Virus record (IMG/VR): IMGVR_UViG_3300045988_146982
Coordinates: 1,038-65,037 of that record
Length of the DNA: 64,000 nt
Origin: a virus
Strand: one strand, 5' to 3'
Shown here: positions 27,915-36,271 of the stretch, in pieces
Numbering within the stretch: position 1 is the first letter of the stretch
Layout of the letters: each line of letters opens with the position of its first letter
Program-made: the position numbers and the translations under genes
Notes under the pieces: generated by a model
The model's database searches: none
What the model was told of the DNA's origin: nothing
Seen by the model: the letters and a program-made list of their open reading frames with translations, nothing else

Positions 27915-27959
27915 TCAGCTTTTAATTTCAAAAAGTTAAACAATATAATTTCGCCATAT

Positions 27960-28208
27960 CTATTTCTTTTTCCTACGATTAGCCAATTCCTTACCACTGA
28001 TTCTATTCACTTTCTGACCACCATATACTGCGTGTAATTTATCCCGTTGCATCATCAGCAGATTCCGATAAGGGATAATCTCAAACACTTCTGTATAACT
28101 CAGATGCAACGTGTCAATCAAATGGGCTATCTGCCCGAAGAACGTTGTGTTTCCTACTGTTTCGGTTTTGCTGCCAGCATCGACACGTTCCTCATCGAGC
28201 TGACACAC
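27960..28208 (-). CDS. Tail assembly chaperone, -1 frame extension (T part of a G/GT pair)
   Basis: Overlaps 28154-28540 by 55 nt in the -1 frame (codon phase 1 to 2 mod 3 on the - strand). It lies downstream of the major tail gene. Confidence 0.55.
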   Translation of the reverse strand: MCQLDEERVDAGSKTETVGNTTFFGQIAHLIDTLHLSYTEVFEIIPYRNLLMMQRDKLHAVYGGQKVNRISGKELANRRKKK

Positions 28209-28540
28209 TGAAAAGCCGAAATATCCATCATAGAGAAACAGACTTCCAAGGCATCTTTGACTTCTTCAAAAGTGCCGTTCTCCAATTCTTTGACCAAACT
28301 ATCATTCCCGCAGATGAAGCATGAAATACCTTTCAGCATATCTTCAGTAGCTTCAGTAAGCTCTTTAATAGCCTCCATGATATTATCTCCTCGCAGGGCG
28401 ATATTGGAAAAATGATGAATGGCACGACAGATAACTTTAATTGTAGGCGGTTTGATGGTATAAACGATTCCACCTATCTCTACATTTTTAAAATCCAGCC
28501 CTAACAAGGCGTCAGAAACCGTTTTTGCTGCTTGATTCAT
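28154..28540 (-). CDS. Tail assembly chaperone (G-like)
   Basis: 128-aa acidic protein directly after the major tail gene, with an overlapping -1 frame ORF. Confidence 0.6.
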   Translation of the reverse strand: MNQAAKTVSDALLGLDFKNVEIGGIVYTIKPPTIKVICRAIHHFSNIALRGDNIMEAIKELTEATEDMLKGISCFICGNDSLVKELENGTFEEVKDALEVCFSMMDISAFQCVSSMRNVSMLAAKPKQ

Positions 28541-28557
28541 ATTCTTAAACTAAAAGA

Positions 28558-28580
28558 GGGAATGGCGCATATCCATTCCC
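28558..28580 (-). terminator. Hairpin after the major tail gene and its extension (attenuator-like)
   Basis: GGGAATGG pairs with CCATTCCC (8 bp, 7-nt loop), between the stop at 28588 and the chaperone start at 28540. Confidence 0.4.
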
Positions 28581-28587
28581 CCGGTTA

Positions 28588-28800
28588 TCACTCTTGTACT
28601 TTTACCAATGTTATCTCTTTTTTAAGAGTGGTATCAACTTCAGAAGGAGTGGTTTTAATATCTCCTGACTGAGTGACGTACCCCACTTTCGACACTTCAT
28701 AGTGAACGGTAGCTCCAGCATTCACCTGCTTTGACTTGACCGTTACACCGTCCAGCTTTACGGTCGCATCGGAAGGAGTAGGTACAATGGTTACTATAGT
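28588..28800 (-). CDS. In-frame 70-codon extension after the TGA of the major tail gene (Ig/PEGA-like beta domain); putative read-through product
   Basis: Hand translation: TIVTIVPTPSDATVKLDGVTVKSKQVNAGATVHYEVSKVGYVTQSGDIKTTPSEVDTTLKKEITLVKVQE, then TGA. It contains no Met and no internal stop. Confidence 0.5.
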   Translation of the reverse strand, partial: TIVTIVPTPSDATVKLDGVTVKSKQVNAGATVHYEVSKVGYVTQSGDIKTTPSEVDTTLKKEITLVKVQE

Positions 28801-29355
28801 TCATGCCTGCAAAGCTTTAATCTGCCCCTCTTCGTAGTTATACTCAGAAGAAACACCTTCAATTCCCGGTTCCTGCACCAAGCCTTTTACAGCGATTGCA
28901 ATTGCCTTATCCGTATTGGCTTCACGGGAAACAATACGGCATTTTGGGAAGATGAACCAGACATCATCATCGGTCAGACAGAACAATGCTTTGTTGATAA
29001 TAACTTTATCCAAAGCACGCTTCCAACCCACATCTTTAGATGTTGCCTGAATAACATCGCCACCCATGAACGCTTTCTTTGTCTTCCAGTCATATTGTCC
29101 GATAGAGAAAGTGGGTGATACTTCTCCCGGCACATCATCGAAACGGTAATTCTTTCCCGTTAATTGGTTCTTGTACCCAGTGACGGAGGCTTCCGTTTCC
29201 TCAATCTGCCACGTTTCCCCGTGTACATTCAAAACCTCATCTTTCGCTTTGATAGCGGCTTGAATCAAAGTCTTTGCGATTTCGGGGGTAATGTCTGCCG
29301 TTACCTTATCAATATCGGCAAACAAGATTCTTTTTATTCCTACTGCTGAAATCAT
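28801..29355 (-). CDS. Major tail protein (called by position)
   Basis: 184-aa ORF immediately upstream of the G/GT-type chaperone pair. Confidence 0.5.
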   Translation of the reverse strand: MISAVGIKRILFADIDKVTADITPEIAKTLIQAAIKAKDEVLNVHGETWQIEETEASVTGYKNQLTGKNYRFDDVPGEVSPTFSIGQYDWKTKKAFMGGDVIQATSKDVGWKRALDKVIINKALFCLTDDDVWFIFPKCRIVSREANTDKAIAIAVKGLVQEPGIEGVSSEYNYEEGQIKALQA

Positions 29356-29359
29356 AATC

Positions 29360-29770
29360 CTATAATTTTACATTTATTACTTTAAATAAAATTCTCACAT
29401 TCACGTAATGGCATTTCAAAGCTGTATCCGCTTCCGTGCCAATTGATTCGATAGAGTAACGATAGGTTGTACCGTCATAGGTACTTACTACATCATCAAG
29501 CAGCTTGCCAGCCTTTCTTTCAAGTTCGTTAAGCCGGATTGTGTTCGCTTCATTCTCGCTTAAATTGGGTACACATAGATTCACTTCTGCGAAAGATTTC
29601 TTCCAATACTTTCCCGGCTGTTGTTTCTTCGTGTGGATGACAATCCTTTCGGACTTCAATTCACCCGTCAACGTTTCACCATCAGGCACTATATCTATTC
29701 CGAAAGCCTTGCAGTCCCGATAGAGAATGTTTCCTATGTCGGTAGTTACTATCATTCCACAATCTCCCAA
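29360..29770 (-). CDS. Hypothetical protein (tail terminator / completion position)
   Basis: 136-aa ORF just upstream of the major tail gene. Confidence 0.35.
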   Translation of the reverse strand: MGDCGMIVTTDIGNILYRDCKAFGIDIVPDGETLTGELKSERIVIHTKKQQPGKYWKKSFAEVNLCVPNLSENEANTIRLNELERKAGKLLDDVVSTYDGTTYRYSIESIGTEADTALKCHYVNVRILFKVINVKL

Positions 29771-30342
29771 TCTTCTGCAAATACATCACTGATAGACGGA
29801 ACCCATGAATCAGCGCGTCCGGTATTCTCGTTGTAGATAAGACACTGGCTTGTATAGTCAATAAATCCCTTACCTTTCAGAATAAGGTCTTTTGCCGATT
29901 GGGGAAGCGATTGCATCTTAGGGATGATGTCGCTTTCGATATGAGCTGGCACTTGTTTGAATACCATCAAACCTTTACCGTTCCAACCACTTCTACGAAC
30001 AGCCCCACCTTGTTTTAACACTTCGATAGCATCACCGAAGCACATTACGGATGAATCGTCGGCTTTATCGTATGTTTTCTCAAAGATATCCGGCTTACAA
30101 GGATAAAACTCACCGTTTACTCCCTTGATGATGTAATCGCCATAGCTTGCAAGCATTTTGCCTTCAAGTGTTTCGATGTACACTCCAAGATAAGGCTCGT
30201 TGGTGTTGCCATGCTCATCTATACCGAAATCGGGATTGTGTTTCGGTACGGGAGTTCCACCCATGAAATCACATACAGCATCGAAATTATCTACTTTAAG
30301 CTGGACAGCTTCTATTACTACAGGTTTCTTTCTGTACTTCAT
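29752..30342 (-). CDS. Two-domain protein: N-terminal small phage beta-domain + C-terminal DUF2829 (Tad2-like) domain
   Basis: The C-terminal half, FGDAIEVLKQGGAVRRSGWNGKGLMVF...WVPSISDVFAEDWEIVE, fits the DUF2829 pattern. The N-terminus shows KKPVVIEAVQ...GDYIIKG...YPCKPDIFEKTY. Confidence 0.6.
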   Translation of the reverse strand: MKYRKKPVVIEAVQLKVDNFDAVCDFMGGTPVPKHNPDFGIDEHGNTNEPYLGVYIETLEGKMLASYGDYIIKGVNGEFYPCKPDIFEKTYDKADDSSVMCFGDAIEVLKQGGAVRRSGWNGKGLMVFKQVPAHIESDIIPKMQSLPQSAKDLILKGKGFIDYTSQCLIYNENTGRADSWVPSISDVFAEDWEIVE

Positions 30343-30344
30343 AA

Positions 30345-30737
30345 TTATAAGGATTGAATACGTTTAGATAATACCGCCTGATACCGAAGCATCAAATCAT
30401 ATTGTTCTCTCAGCAACTCACGTTGATTTGGGTCGGTGACAATAGTTTCAAACTTATCGGTCATAATAAATTCGTTCAGTTTATTACAGTGTTCAACCAA
30501 TTCTCCATGCTCAATAGCTAAACGGTCCTTAAATGTATCAGCTACTTTGTATGCCTTTTCAAACACATCTTTAGGAAGCCATGATTCAACACCATCATCA
30601 TATTTGGTATGATAACCTTCGATGGACTGTTCTTCCTTTGACAATCTTTCACCCACTGCAATAAGGCAGTTTTTGTCAGCTTCGCCCATTGTCATAGGTT
30701 CTGCTTCAATCTGTTTTGTTCCAATGTACTTTTTCAT
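30345..30737 (-). CDS. Hypothetical protein (130 aa)
   Basis: ORF packed between the head-tail genes. Contains the motif SWLPKDVFEKAY. Confidence 0.4.
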   Translation of the reverse strand: MKKYIGTKQIEAEPMTMGEADKNCLIAVGERLSKEEQSIEGYHTKYDDGVESWLPKDVFEKAYKVADTFKDRLAIEHGELVEHCNKLNEFIMTDKFETIVTDPNQRELLREQYDLMLRYQAVLSKRIQSL

Positions 30738-31033
30738 TTTTCAAATTCTTCTTTTAATCGTTTCTCCGCATATAAAGCAGCACTACTCAAAACATCATAC
30801 CCTTTAGATTCTACGAATGATGCGTATTCCGCTTCGTTTTTCAATGTCAAACCGTCTTTATCGACATCGTAATCATTGGACGTTCTCAAAGTGAGTGTGT
30901 GGTCTTGATAATCGCCATGTTCCTCCGCGTACTTCACGGCTTCATCGCCTACATCAATCATCTTCTTTTCGACCTCCCATTCTCCTTCATCGAAAAAGGA
31001 GTCGACATCTGAGAAATCGAAATCTACATCCAT
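30734..31033 (-). CDS. HK97 gp10-like protein (weak call)
   Basis: Carries YASFVESKGYDV...ALYAEK and is a paralogue of 22762-23157. Confidence 0.35.
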   Translation of the reverse strand: MDVDFDFSDVDSFFDEGEWEVEKKMIDVGDEAVKYAEEHGDYQDHTLTLRTSNDYDVDKDGLTLKNEAEYASFVESKGYDVLSSAALYAEKRLKEEFEK

Positions 31034-31347
31034 AATTCCGAGTAGTTAAAGTAGTTTGTACTCTTTACCGTGTAGACTTCGCCTTGACCTCTTACGCCAT
31101 CACCATCCATGCAACGTACTTCATCGCCAGCCTTGACAGTAATTCTTTTCTCACATACTACATGATAGTTAGGGCGATATACTGAGCCGTTTTCTGACTT
31201 AAACTCCTTGGTCGTGTTGTCATCACAACGGCACTTACATACCTCCTGCCAGTATTCACCACCGGTACCGGGAATAGGTCTGCCAAACTCATCCTTATCC
31301 ATCGGGGTGATAACTTTTACCTGCAATATGTGTGGAGCGAATATCAT
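31024..31347 (-). CDS. Head closure / head-tail joining protein (called by position)
   Basis: 107-aa beta-rich ORF in the head-tail connector cluster. Confidence 0.4.
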   Translation of the reverse strand: MIFAPHILQVKVITPMDKDEFGRPIPGTGGEYWQEVCKCRCDDNTTKEFKSENGSVYRPNYHVVCEKRITVKAGDEVRCMDGDGVRGQGEVYTVKSTNYFNYSELWM

Positions 31348-31670
31348 AAGAAAGTCACTTTAGGTTTGTTACCCAGTTCGTCTTTCAAACCGTACTGTTT
31401 ACACAGCCATGAGTACAATTTCATTAGGCTATCAACATGATTAGACCAAGACACAGAAAATCCGCTTTCGCTGACCGAAGATGGATTTTGTATCATCCAC
31501 GGAATTTGCTTGGCACAAGCGACCTCTAATCTTGCCCTATTTTCCTCGGCAAAAGGTTCTTCGCCATCCAATCCCGTTCTTGAAAGTATATTTTCAACTA
31601 CAAGATTAGACGGGGTGTTCTTATCAAATACGCTTAATACAAACTCCTTGTTACTCATGGCTGCTATCAT
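31344..31670 (-). CDS. Head-tail connector-type protein (called by position)
   Basis: 108-aa ORF downstream of the capsid genes with a 4-nt overlap to the next gene. Confidence 0.35.
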   Translation of the reverse strand: MIAAMSNKEFVLSVFDKNTPSNLVVENILSRTGLDGEEPFAEENRARLEVACAKQIPWMIQNPSSVSESGFSVSWSNHVDSLMKLYSWLCKQYGLKDELGNKPKVTFL

Positions 31671-32036
31671 TCAATATGGTGTAATCAGTTTACTATATGC
31701 GGTATAGCTATAATGCGTACAATGTTTAGATTTATAGATGTATCTGAACGGACATTTGGGAACATTAATTCGTACCCCTTGAATAGCTATTCCCTCTTTT
31801 ATCAAACACATCATAGCCGGGTTATTTGCAACCAAAAACACGGGATGCGTCATGGTCAGTACAACACAATCAGCCGGAGCCGTTTCCAAAGTGATAAACT
31901 GAATATCTGGTAAATCAACATCAACGGATAGATTCATATATTCACACTTGGGAGATTCCACACTTGCTGCCTGCACGCTCAACGAAACCAAAGACATCAT
32001 TAAAAAGCCACACATGGCAAAAATAAAATTCTTCAT
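31671..32036 (-). CDS. Secreted small protein (signal peptide)
   Basis: N-terminus MKNFIFAMCGFLMMSLVSLSVQAAS. Confidence 0.5.
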   Translation of the reverse strand: MKNFIFAMCGFLMMSLVSLSVQAASVESPKCEYMNLSVDVDLPDIQFITLETAPADCVVLTMTHPVFLVANNPAMMCLIKEGIAIQGVRINVPKCPFRYIYKSKHCTHYSYTAYSKLITPY

Positions 32037-32093
32037 TTCTTTTCTGATTTATAAAATTAGACAATGGAAGGGTAGAAGCGCTACCCTATCCTT

Positions 32094-32480
32094 TTACTCG
32101 ATACCTAATGCTTCTTTCAGTTTGGCTGTTGATTCTTCATCCAGTTCTGAAACCTTAGACAAAAGAGTTTCCTCTTTCATATTGCCGGAAGCCTGTACGC
32201 CGATGGACTTCAAAGCATCAACCAAAGTCTTTTTCTCGAACTCTTTCTCAAAGAGGGAGATTTTCACCTCCTTCTTTTCTTCAGGTGCTTTCACTTCGGG
32301 AAGTTTTGCTTCAACCCGTTCAGCGAGTTTACGACTCTCCATATCCAGCACACGGGCTTCCTCACCGACTTCAATCACTTCACCGGGAGTATAATACTTT
32401 CCGGTGAACTTGTCGCGGAAAACTGATATAACCTTTACTTTCATATCCTCCCCCCCCTTATGCTGATTGGATGGATGCAA
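32094..32480 (-). CDS. Hypothetical head-associated protein (probable start MKVKVISVF)
   Basis: ORF after the major capsid gene, charged and helical. Confidence 0.4.
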   Translation of the reverse strand: MHPSNQHKGGEDMKVKVISVFRDKFTGKYYTPGEVIEVGEEARVLDMESRKLAERVEAKLPEVKAPEEKKEVKISLFEKEFEKKTLVDALKSIGVQASGNMKEETLLSKVSELDEESTAKLKEALGIE

Positions 32481-33579
32481 TTTCGCTCAAATCGAAATTG
32501 GTTATCAAATCTGGATTGGAAATCTGCGGAATCCACTCTGCCGTATATTCCATGTAGCGACCGTTTTTGTCACGGTAGTTGGAGATAAGCATCTGCCCCT
32601 CTGACGGGATATAAGTACGTCCTTGTACCGGGTCTGTCGCTTCATACGGGGTATGATGGCGCATATAACCAATGTTGTCAGAAGGCAACAGAGTAATACG
32701 GTTATCCGCGTAAATCTGCACGTTTTTTCCCGTCTGGTCTTTCACATAGTCCTCCTTGATTTCGATGCGAGGCAGACCGATGCCGGTGAACACTTCGGAA
32801 GCCAAAGAAGAGGAAACCAATCCCGTACTCAACTTCATTTCGTTGCTGCCGAGAATCATCTTGTACTGCTCACCAAATTCAGATGAACCAAGAATAAGCT
32901 TGTTGAAAGATGCACGGGTCATTATCATCTTGGCATAAATGCCATAGTCCGGTGCCAAGGAATGAAGTTTCTCTCTCAAATAAGAGATAAACATATTCTT
33001 TCCGTCCACAACCACATCTCCACTTTTCGGCTTGATAAAATTGAACGGAAGGGTAATCTCCAGCAGTTTATTATTGGTCTGACCGGAAGTGATTGCAGCG
33101 TCTTTGTTGTAAACGGTGGCTTCACCAAGCATCAACAGCGCACCGACAATAATATCCATACGCTTGTGGGCAGCAAGGGTAATCTGACGGTAGTCGTCTG
33201 CCAAGAAGTTTACAATCTCTTCCATTGCAGCCTTTTGGTCGGCTGGCTTAGCTGCATTGAACTTGTCAATCAAATCCTGCAATTCGGAAAGACGGTCAAT
33301 AGACATCTGATAAGCATCACCCAAATAGGCAATCTCACCATATCCTGAACCGATATTCCTGCGTTCACGAATGGGTTTCTCTCCAAAACGTGAATTGATA
33401 GAGCCGGCCATAACTCCGGTTACAGAACCGATATAATCCTTGAACACACGAGTAGTTACTCTGCGGAAAGTAAGATACTGTTGCCAATAGATTGTGTCCT
33501 TGCGTGTCTGGTTCACACGTCTGATGATAGCGGAAACGATGTTCGCATCATCGAATAATGTTTGAATCGTTAAAAACAT
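32458..33579 (-). CDS. Major capsid protein (called by position and size)
   Basis: 373-aa ORF following scaffold- and decoration-like genes. Confidence 0.55.
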   Translation of the reverse strand: MFLTIQTLFDDANIVSAIIRRVNQTRKDTIYWQQYLTFRRVTTRVFKDYIGSVTGVMAGSINSRFGEKPIRERRNIGSGYGEIAYLGDAYQMSIDRLSELQDLIDKFNAAKPADQKAAMEEIVNFLADDYRQITLAAHKRMDIIVGALLMLGEATVYNKDAAITSGQTNNKLLEITLPFNFIKPKSGDVVVDGKNMFISYLREKLHSLAPDYGIYAKMIMTRASFNKLILGSSEFGEQYKMILGSNEMKLSTGLVSSSLASEVFTGIGLPRIEIKEDYVKDQTGKNVQIYADNRITLLPSDNIGYMRHHTPYEATDPVQGRTYIPSEGQMLISNYRDKNGRYMEYTAEWIPQISNPDLITNFDLSEIASIQSA

Positions 33580-33590
33580 ATCCTACCTCC

Positions 33591-34187
33591 TTACTCGTTA
33601 AACTCAAACCATCCCTTCATGTTGGCTTTATCGTTCTCAGAGAACGGCATAACCAATTTTGAAGGTTCAATCTCTGCGGCTGTACGAAGCAATGAAACCA
33701 ATGTGATTCCGTCCTCAACCTTTGTACGGTTAAACAGAGCCGAATTAGCTACATGCTTTTGTTTTAAACCATCAACTGCAACCGCATTGAATAATACGGC
33801 ATCTTTGGCGATATTCTCACCAAAAGCAGCCTTAATAGTCAATACATCATAACCGGCATTAGACTTATCAATTGCCGTTACTTCTGCACCTTTCTTACCG
33901 CTTCCGACAAACATACCCACATAAGCCAAAGAGTTCTTGGCTACTTTGATAGACAAAGCCTCTCCACCAGTGGTATAGGCTTCCGCAACTCTCACATTGA
34001 TTACCGCATAAGCGAACTTGTTTTTCAAGTCCGCATAAATCGGTGTAAATCCGGGAAGAAAACTTCCCACTACTAGGTTCTGCGTATCAAGTTTGAACGG
34101 ACCACGTCTACGAATACCGGTCTGGACATCGTAGCGTTCCTCTTGCTCAACGGGCGGAACCAAGTCATACTTAAATCCTGCTGACAT
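33591..34187 (-). CDS. Head decoration-like protein (called by position)
   Basis: 198-aa ORF between the scaffold and the capsid gene. Confidence 0.35.
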   Translation of the reverse strand: MSAGFKYDLVPPVEQEERYDVQTGIRRRGPFKLDTQNLVVGSFLPGFTPIYADLKNKFAYAVINVRVAEAYTTGGEALSIKVAKNSLAYVGMFVGSGKKGAEVTAIDKSNAGYDVLTIKAAFGENIAKDAVLFNAVAVDGLKQKHVANSALFNRTKVEDGITLVSLLRTAAEIEPSKLVMPFSENDKANMKGWFEFNE

Positions 34188-34189
34188 AA

Positions 34190-34855
34190 TTAATTCTTGT
34201 TTTGTTCAACAATAGTTTTCGTTCCCTCATCAATCATCTTGGCGATAGATTCAGATTCTTTCTCAATCTTCGCTTCCGCTGATTCGGGAGGGGTTACGCC
34301 TTTGAAGCCGTCATTTGCGAACTCCTGCTTCAAGTCCTTGAAGTATGCGTCCAAGTCCTCATCGTCCTTAATGGCGCATCGTTTGGCGTAGTTTTCGGGA
34401 ATACCATACTCCTTTGCCTTTGCCAAAATCTGCTGGCTACGTGTTGCTTGAGCCTTTTCCGTTTCTAACTGTGTTAGCTTATCAGAAAGGTTCTTGTTGG
34501 AGTCAATTAAAGCTTGCGCCCATGCAGGCACATCGTCTTTATCCTCTTCCGTTTTGGTGGTTGTGGTAGTCTCGATTGGCTTACCGTCTTTAAGGTTATG
34601 CTTCTTCTCGTAGTTGGAAATTGCGGTCTTGGAAGCATCCCCAGCACGGAAATCACCATAAGAATTAAGCACGTCCGAAAAACCGATACCCTCAACAATG
34701 GAGTTTACCTTTGTCTCGTCCGTTACACCCTCTGCCTTCTTAGTGGCAATTCGGGTTAAGATAGCAGTGTCCACCCCAGTAAACTTCTGTTGCAGCCCTG
34801 CCAAGATTTGTTCTAAGATTGTCATACCGTATGAATTATTAAATTTGAAATTCAA
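34190..34855 (-). CDS. Scaffolding protein
   Basis: Acidic, helical and low-complexity (TTTTKTEEDKDD). The track start is TTG; the first ATG (MTILEQI) is at 34825. Confidence 0.5.
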   Translation of the reverse strand: MNFKFNNSYGMTILEQILAGLQQKFTGVDTAILTRIATKKAEGVTDETKVNSIVEGIGFSDVLNSYGDFRAGDASKTAISNYEKKHNLKDGKPIETTTTTKTEEDKDDVPAWAQALIDSNKNLSDKLTQLETEKAQATRSQQILAKAKEYGIPENYAKRCAIKDDEDLDAYFKDLKQEFANDGFKGVTPPESAEAKIEKESESIAKMIDEGTKTIVEQNKN

Positions 34856-34911
34856 TTTACGGAAGTAAAAATACCACCAATGCAGATGATTAGTAAATAT
34901 TTAAGCTTCCC

Positions 34912-34941
34912 ATTCACGACAATGAATTGATTGTCGTGAAT
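34912..34941. repeat. Best copy of the palindrome family: ATTCACGACAAT-N6-ATTGTCGTGAAT
   Basis: Perfect 12-bp arms (34912-34923 and 34930-34941), 57-86 nt upstream of the scaffold gene. Confidence 0.8.
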
Positions 34942-35037
34942 ACGGTATAAAAGTAAGGAGGAAACAATTAAAGGGGAAATAATTAGGTTGTATAGCATTC
35001 ACTAAGAAAAGGTTGTGAAGAAATCAATTTAAAATTC

Positions 35038-35045
35038 TATTTTTG
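35038..35045 (+). promoter_or_regulatory. -7 promoter box for the HNH-like moron
   Basis: TATTTTTG lies 21 nt upstream of ATG 35066. Confidence 0.5.
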
Positions 35046-35065
35046 CTGTAAAATAAAGTAACAGT

Positions 35066-35839
35066 ATGGACTATATAAATAAAGGAACTTGTATTTTTTG
35101 TGGTAAAGATGTAACTCAAACGACATTTAAAGAGAAGCCACATACTATGCCAAAAAGTTTAGGTAGCATAAATATTGGTGTTGATATTTGCGATGAATGC
35201 AATCACTATTTCGGTCAACCTGACGACTTTGTGTTTCCTAAACTTTGTATAGAAGTTTGTGTTAAAGAAATATTTGGACTATCAAAAGCCTTGCTTAACA
35301 GAGAAGATAATTCAGAAAGATTAAAGTCAATATATTTCGAATATTGGAAGTCAAAAAGAAAAATAGTTCTCAAATCACATTTTAAGTTTAATGATAGATT
35401 TCTAACAACATTTGCAAGACAATTCAAGAGAGGAATATATGAAATGTTCCTTCAAGAATATCATAAAATAACAGGTAATGGATTAGACAATCGATTTAAT
35501 CAAATTAGGAGATTTGCACGTTATAATATTGGAGATATTCCTTTGTATTATTTAGTCAATAATGGAGTTTACTTAATAGAAGAAAAATTTTCATCTCCTA
35601 AGTTTTCCTTTTCCGATTCACAATTTAATGATATAGAAACTTATGGATTTTATACATTAATATTGTATGGACAATGGTTCTTTTTAGAAGTTACCCCAAG
35701 AGCTGAACTATCTCGTGAAATTTATTTAAAAATGCAATGTGAAAAAATGAATGTTGGCGGATTTGTATATAGAGATTTAATTGAAATAAAAAGAATTACG
35801 GATATAGATTTTAGCTTAAGAAGCTTGTTTGGAAGGTAA
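35066..35839 (+). CDS. HNH / His-Me-finger-like protein with an unknown C-terminal domain (defence or Abi candidate)
   Basis: N-terminus CIFCGK...KPHTMPKSLGS...CDECNHYFG matches a CxxC...H...CxxC-N zinc/HNH layout. It is on the opposite strand to the structural genes. Confidence 0.45.
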   Translation: MDYINKGTCIFCGKDVTQTTFKEKPHTMPKSLGSINIGVDICDECNHYFGQPDDFVFPKLCIEVCVKEIFGLSKALLNREDNSERLKSIYFEYWKSKRKIVLKSHFKFNDRFLTTFARQFKRGIYEMFLQEYHKITGNGLDNRFNQIRRFARYNIGDIPLYYLVNNGVYLIEEKFSSPKFSFSDSQFNDIETYGFYTLILYGQWFFLEVTPRAELSREIYLKMQCEKMNVGGFVYRDLIEIKRITDIDFSLRSLFGR

Positions 35840-35901
35840 GTTATTTTAAGCGTGAAACCGAATGAATCACGCCTAAAATATATCACGACAAAAACTTATA
35901 C

Positions 35902-36267
35902 TTATACACCTAACACTATATTAGCATCAATATTTAGCTTCCGGCTTATCTCACGAGCAACTTTTAAAGTAGGTTCACATTTACCGGATATATAATCACT
36001 TAGCCGTGATGGGCTGACACCAACCAACTTTGCAAGTGATTTTTGATTAAGCCCCATTTCGTACATACGAAGTTTAAGAACATCCACAAGTGTTGGTTCT
36101 CCCAATGCAAAATGTTCTTCGGAATAATCAGCAACCAAATTAGAAAGAAGCTCCAATTCTATGCTATTTGGGTCATTCAAAGGAGTATCATCTTTCACTA
36201 ATGGAAGAAGTTCCTCTACTCTTTTCACCGCCCATTCATATTGGGCTTGATTTTCTATCTTTGTCAT
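35902..36267 (-). CDS. higA: HigA-type antitoxin (HTH)
   Basis: C-terminal HTH NQKSLAKLVGVSPSRLSDYISGKCEPTLKVAREISRKL, directly downstream of higB. Confidence 0.75.
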   Translation of the reverse strand: MTKIENQAQYEWAVKRVEELLPLVKDDTPLNDPNSIELELLSNLVADYSEEHFALGEPTLVDVLKLRMYEMGLNQKSLAKLVGVSPSRLSDYISGKCEPTLKVAREISRKLNIDANIVLGV

Positions 36268-36271
36268 AATT

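Noticed and set aside
28588-28803. Genome-wide TGA reassignment as the explanation for the open frame after the tail gene stop
   Set aside because: TGA clearly terminates other genes here. The avd stop at 5266-5268 overlaps the RT start, and the extension itself ends in TGA at 28588-28590. A local read-through is therefore more plausible than recoding.
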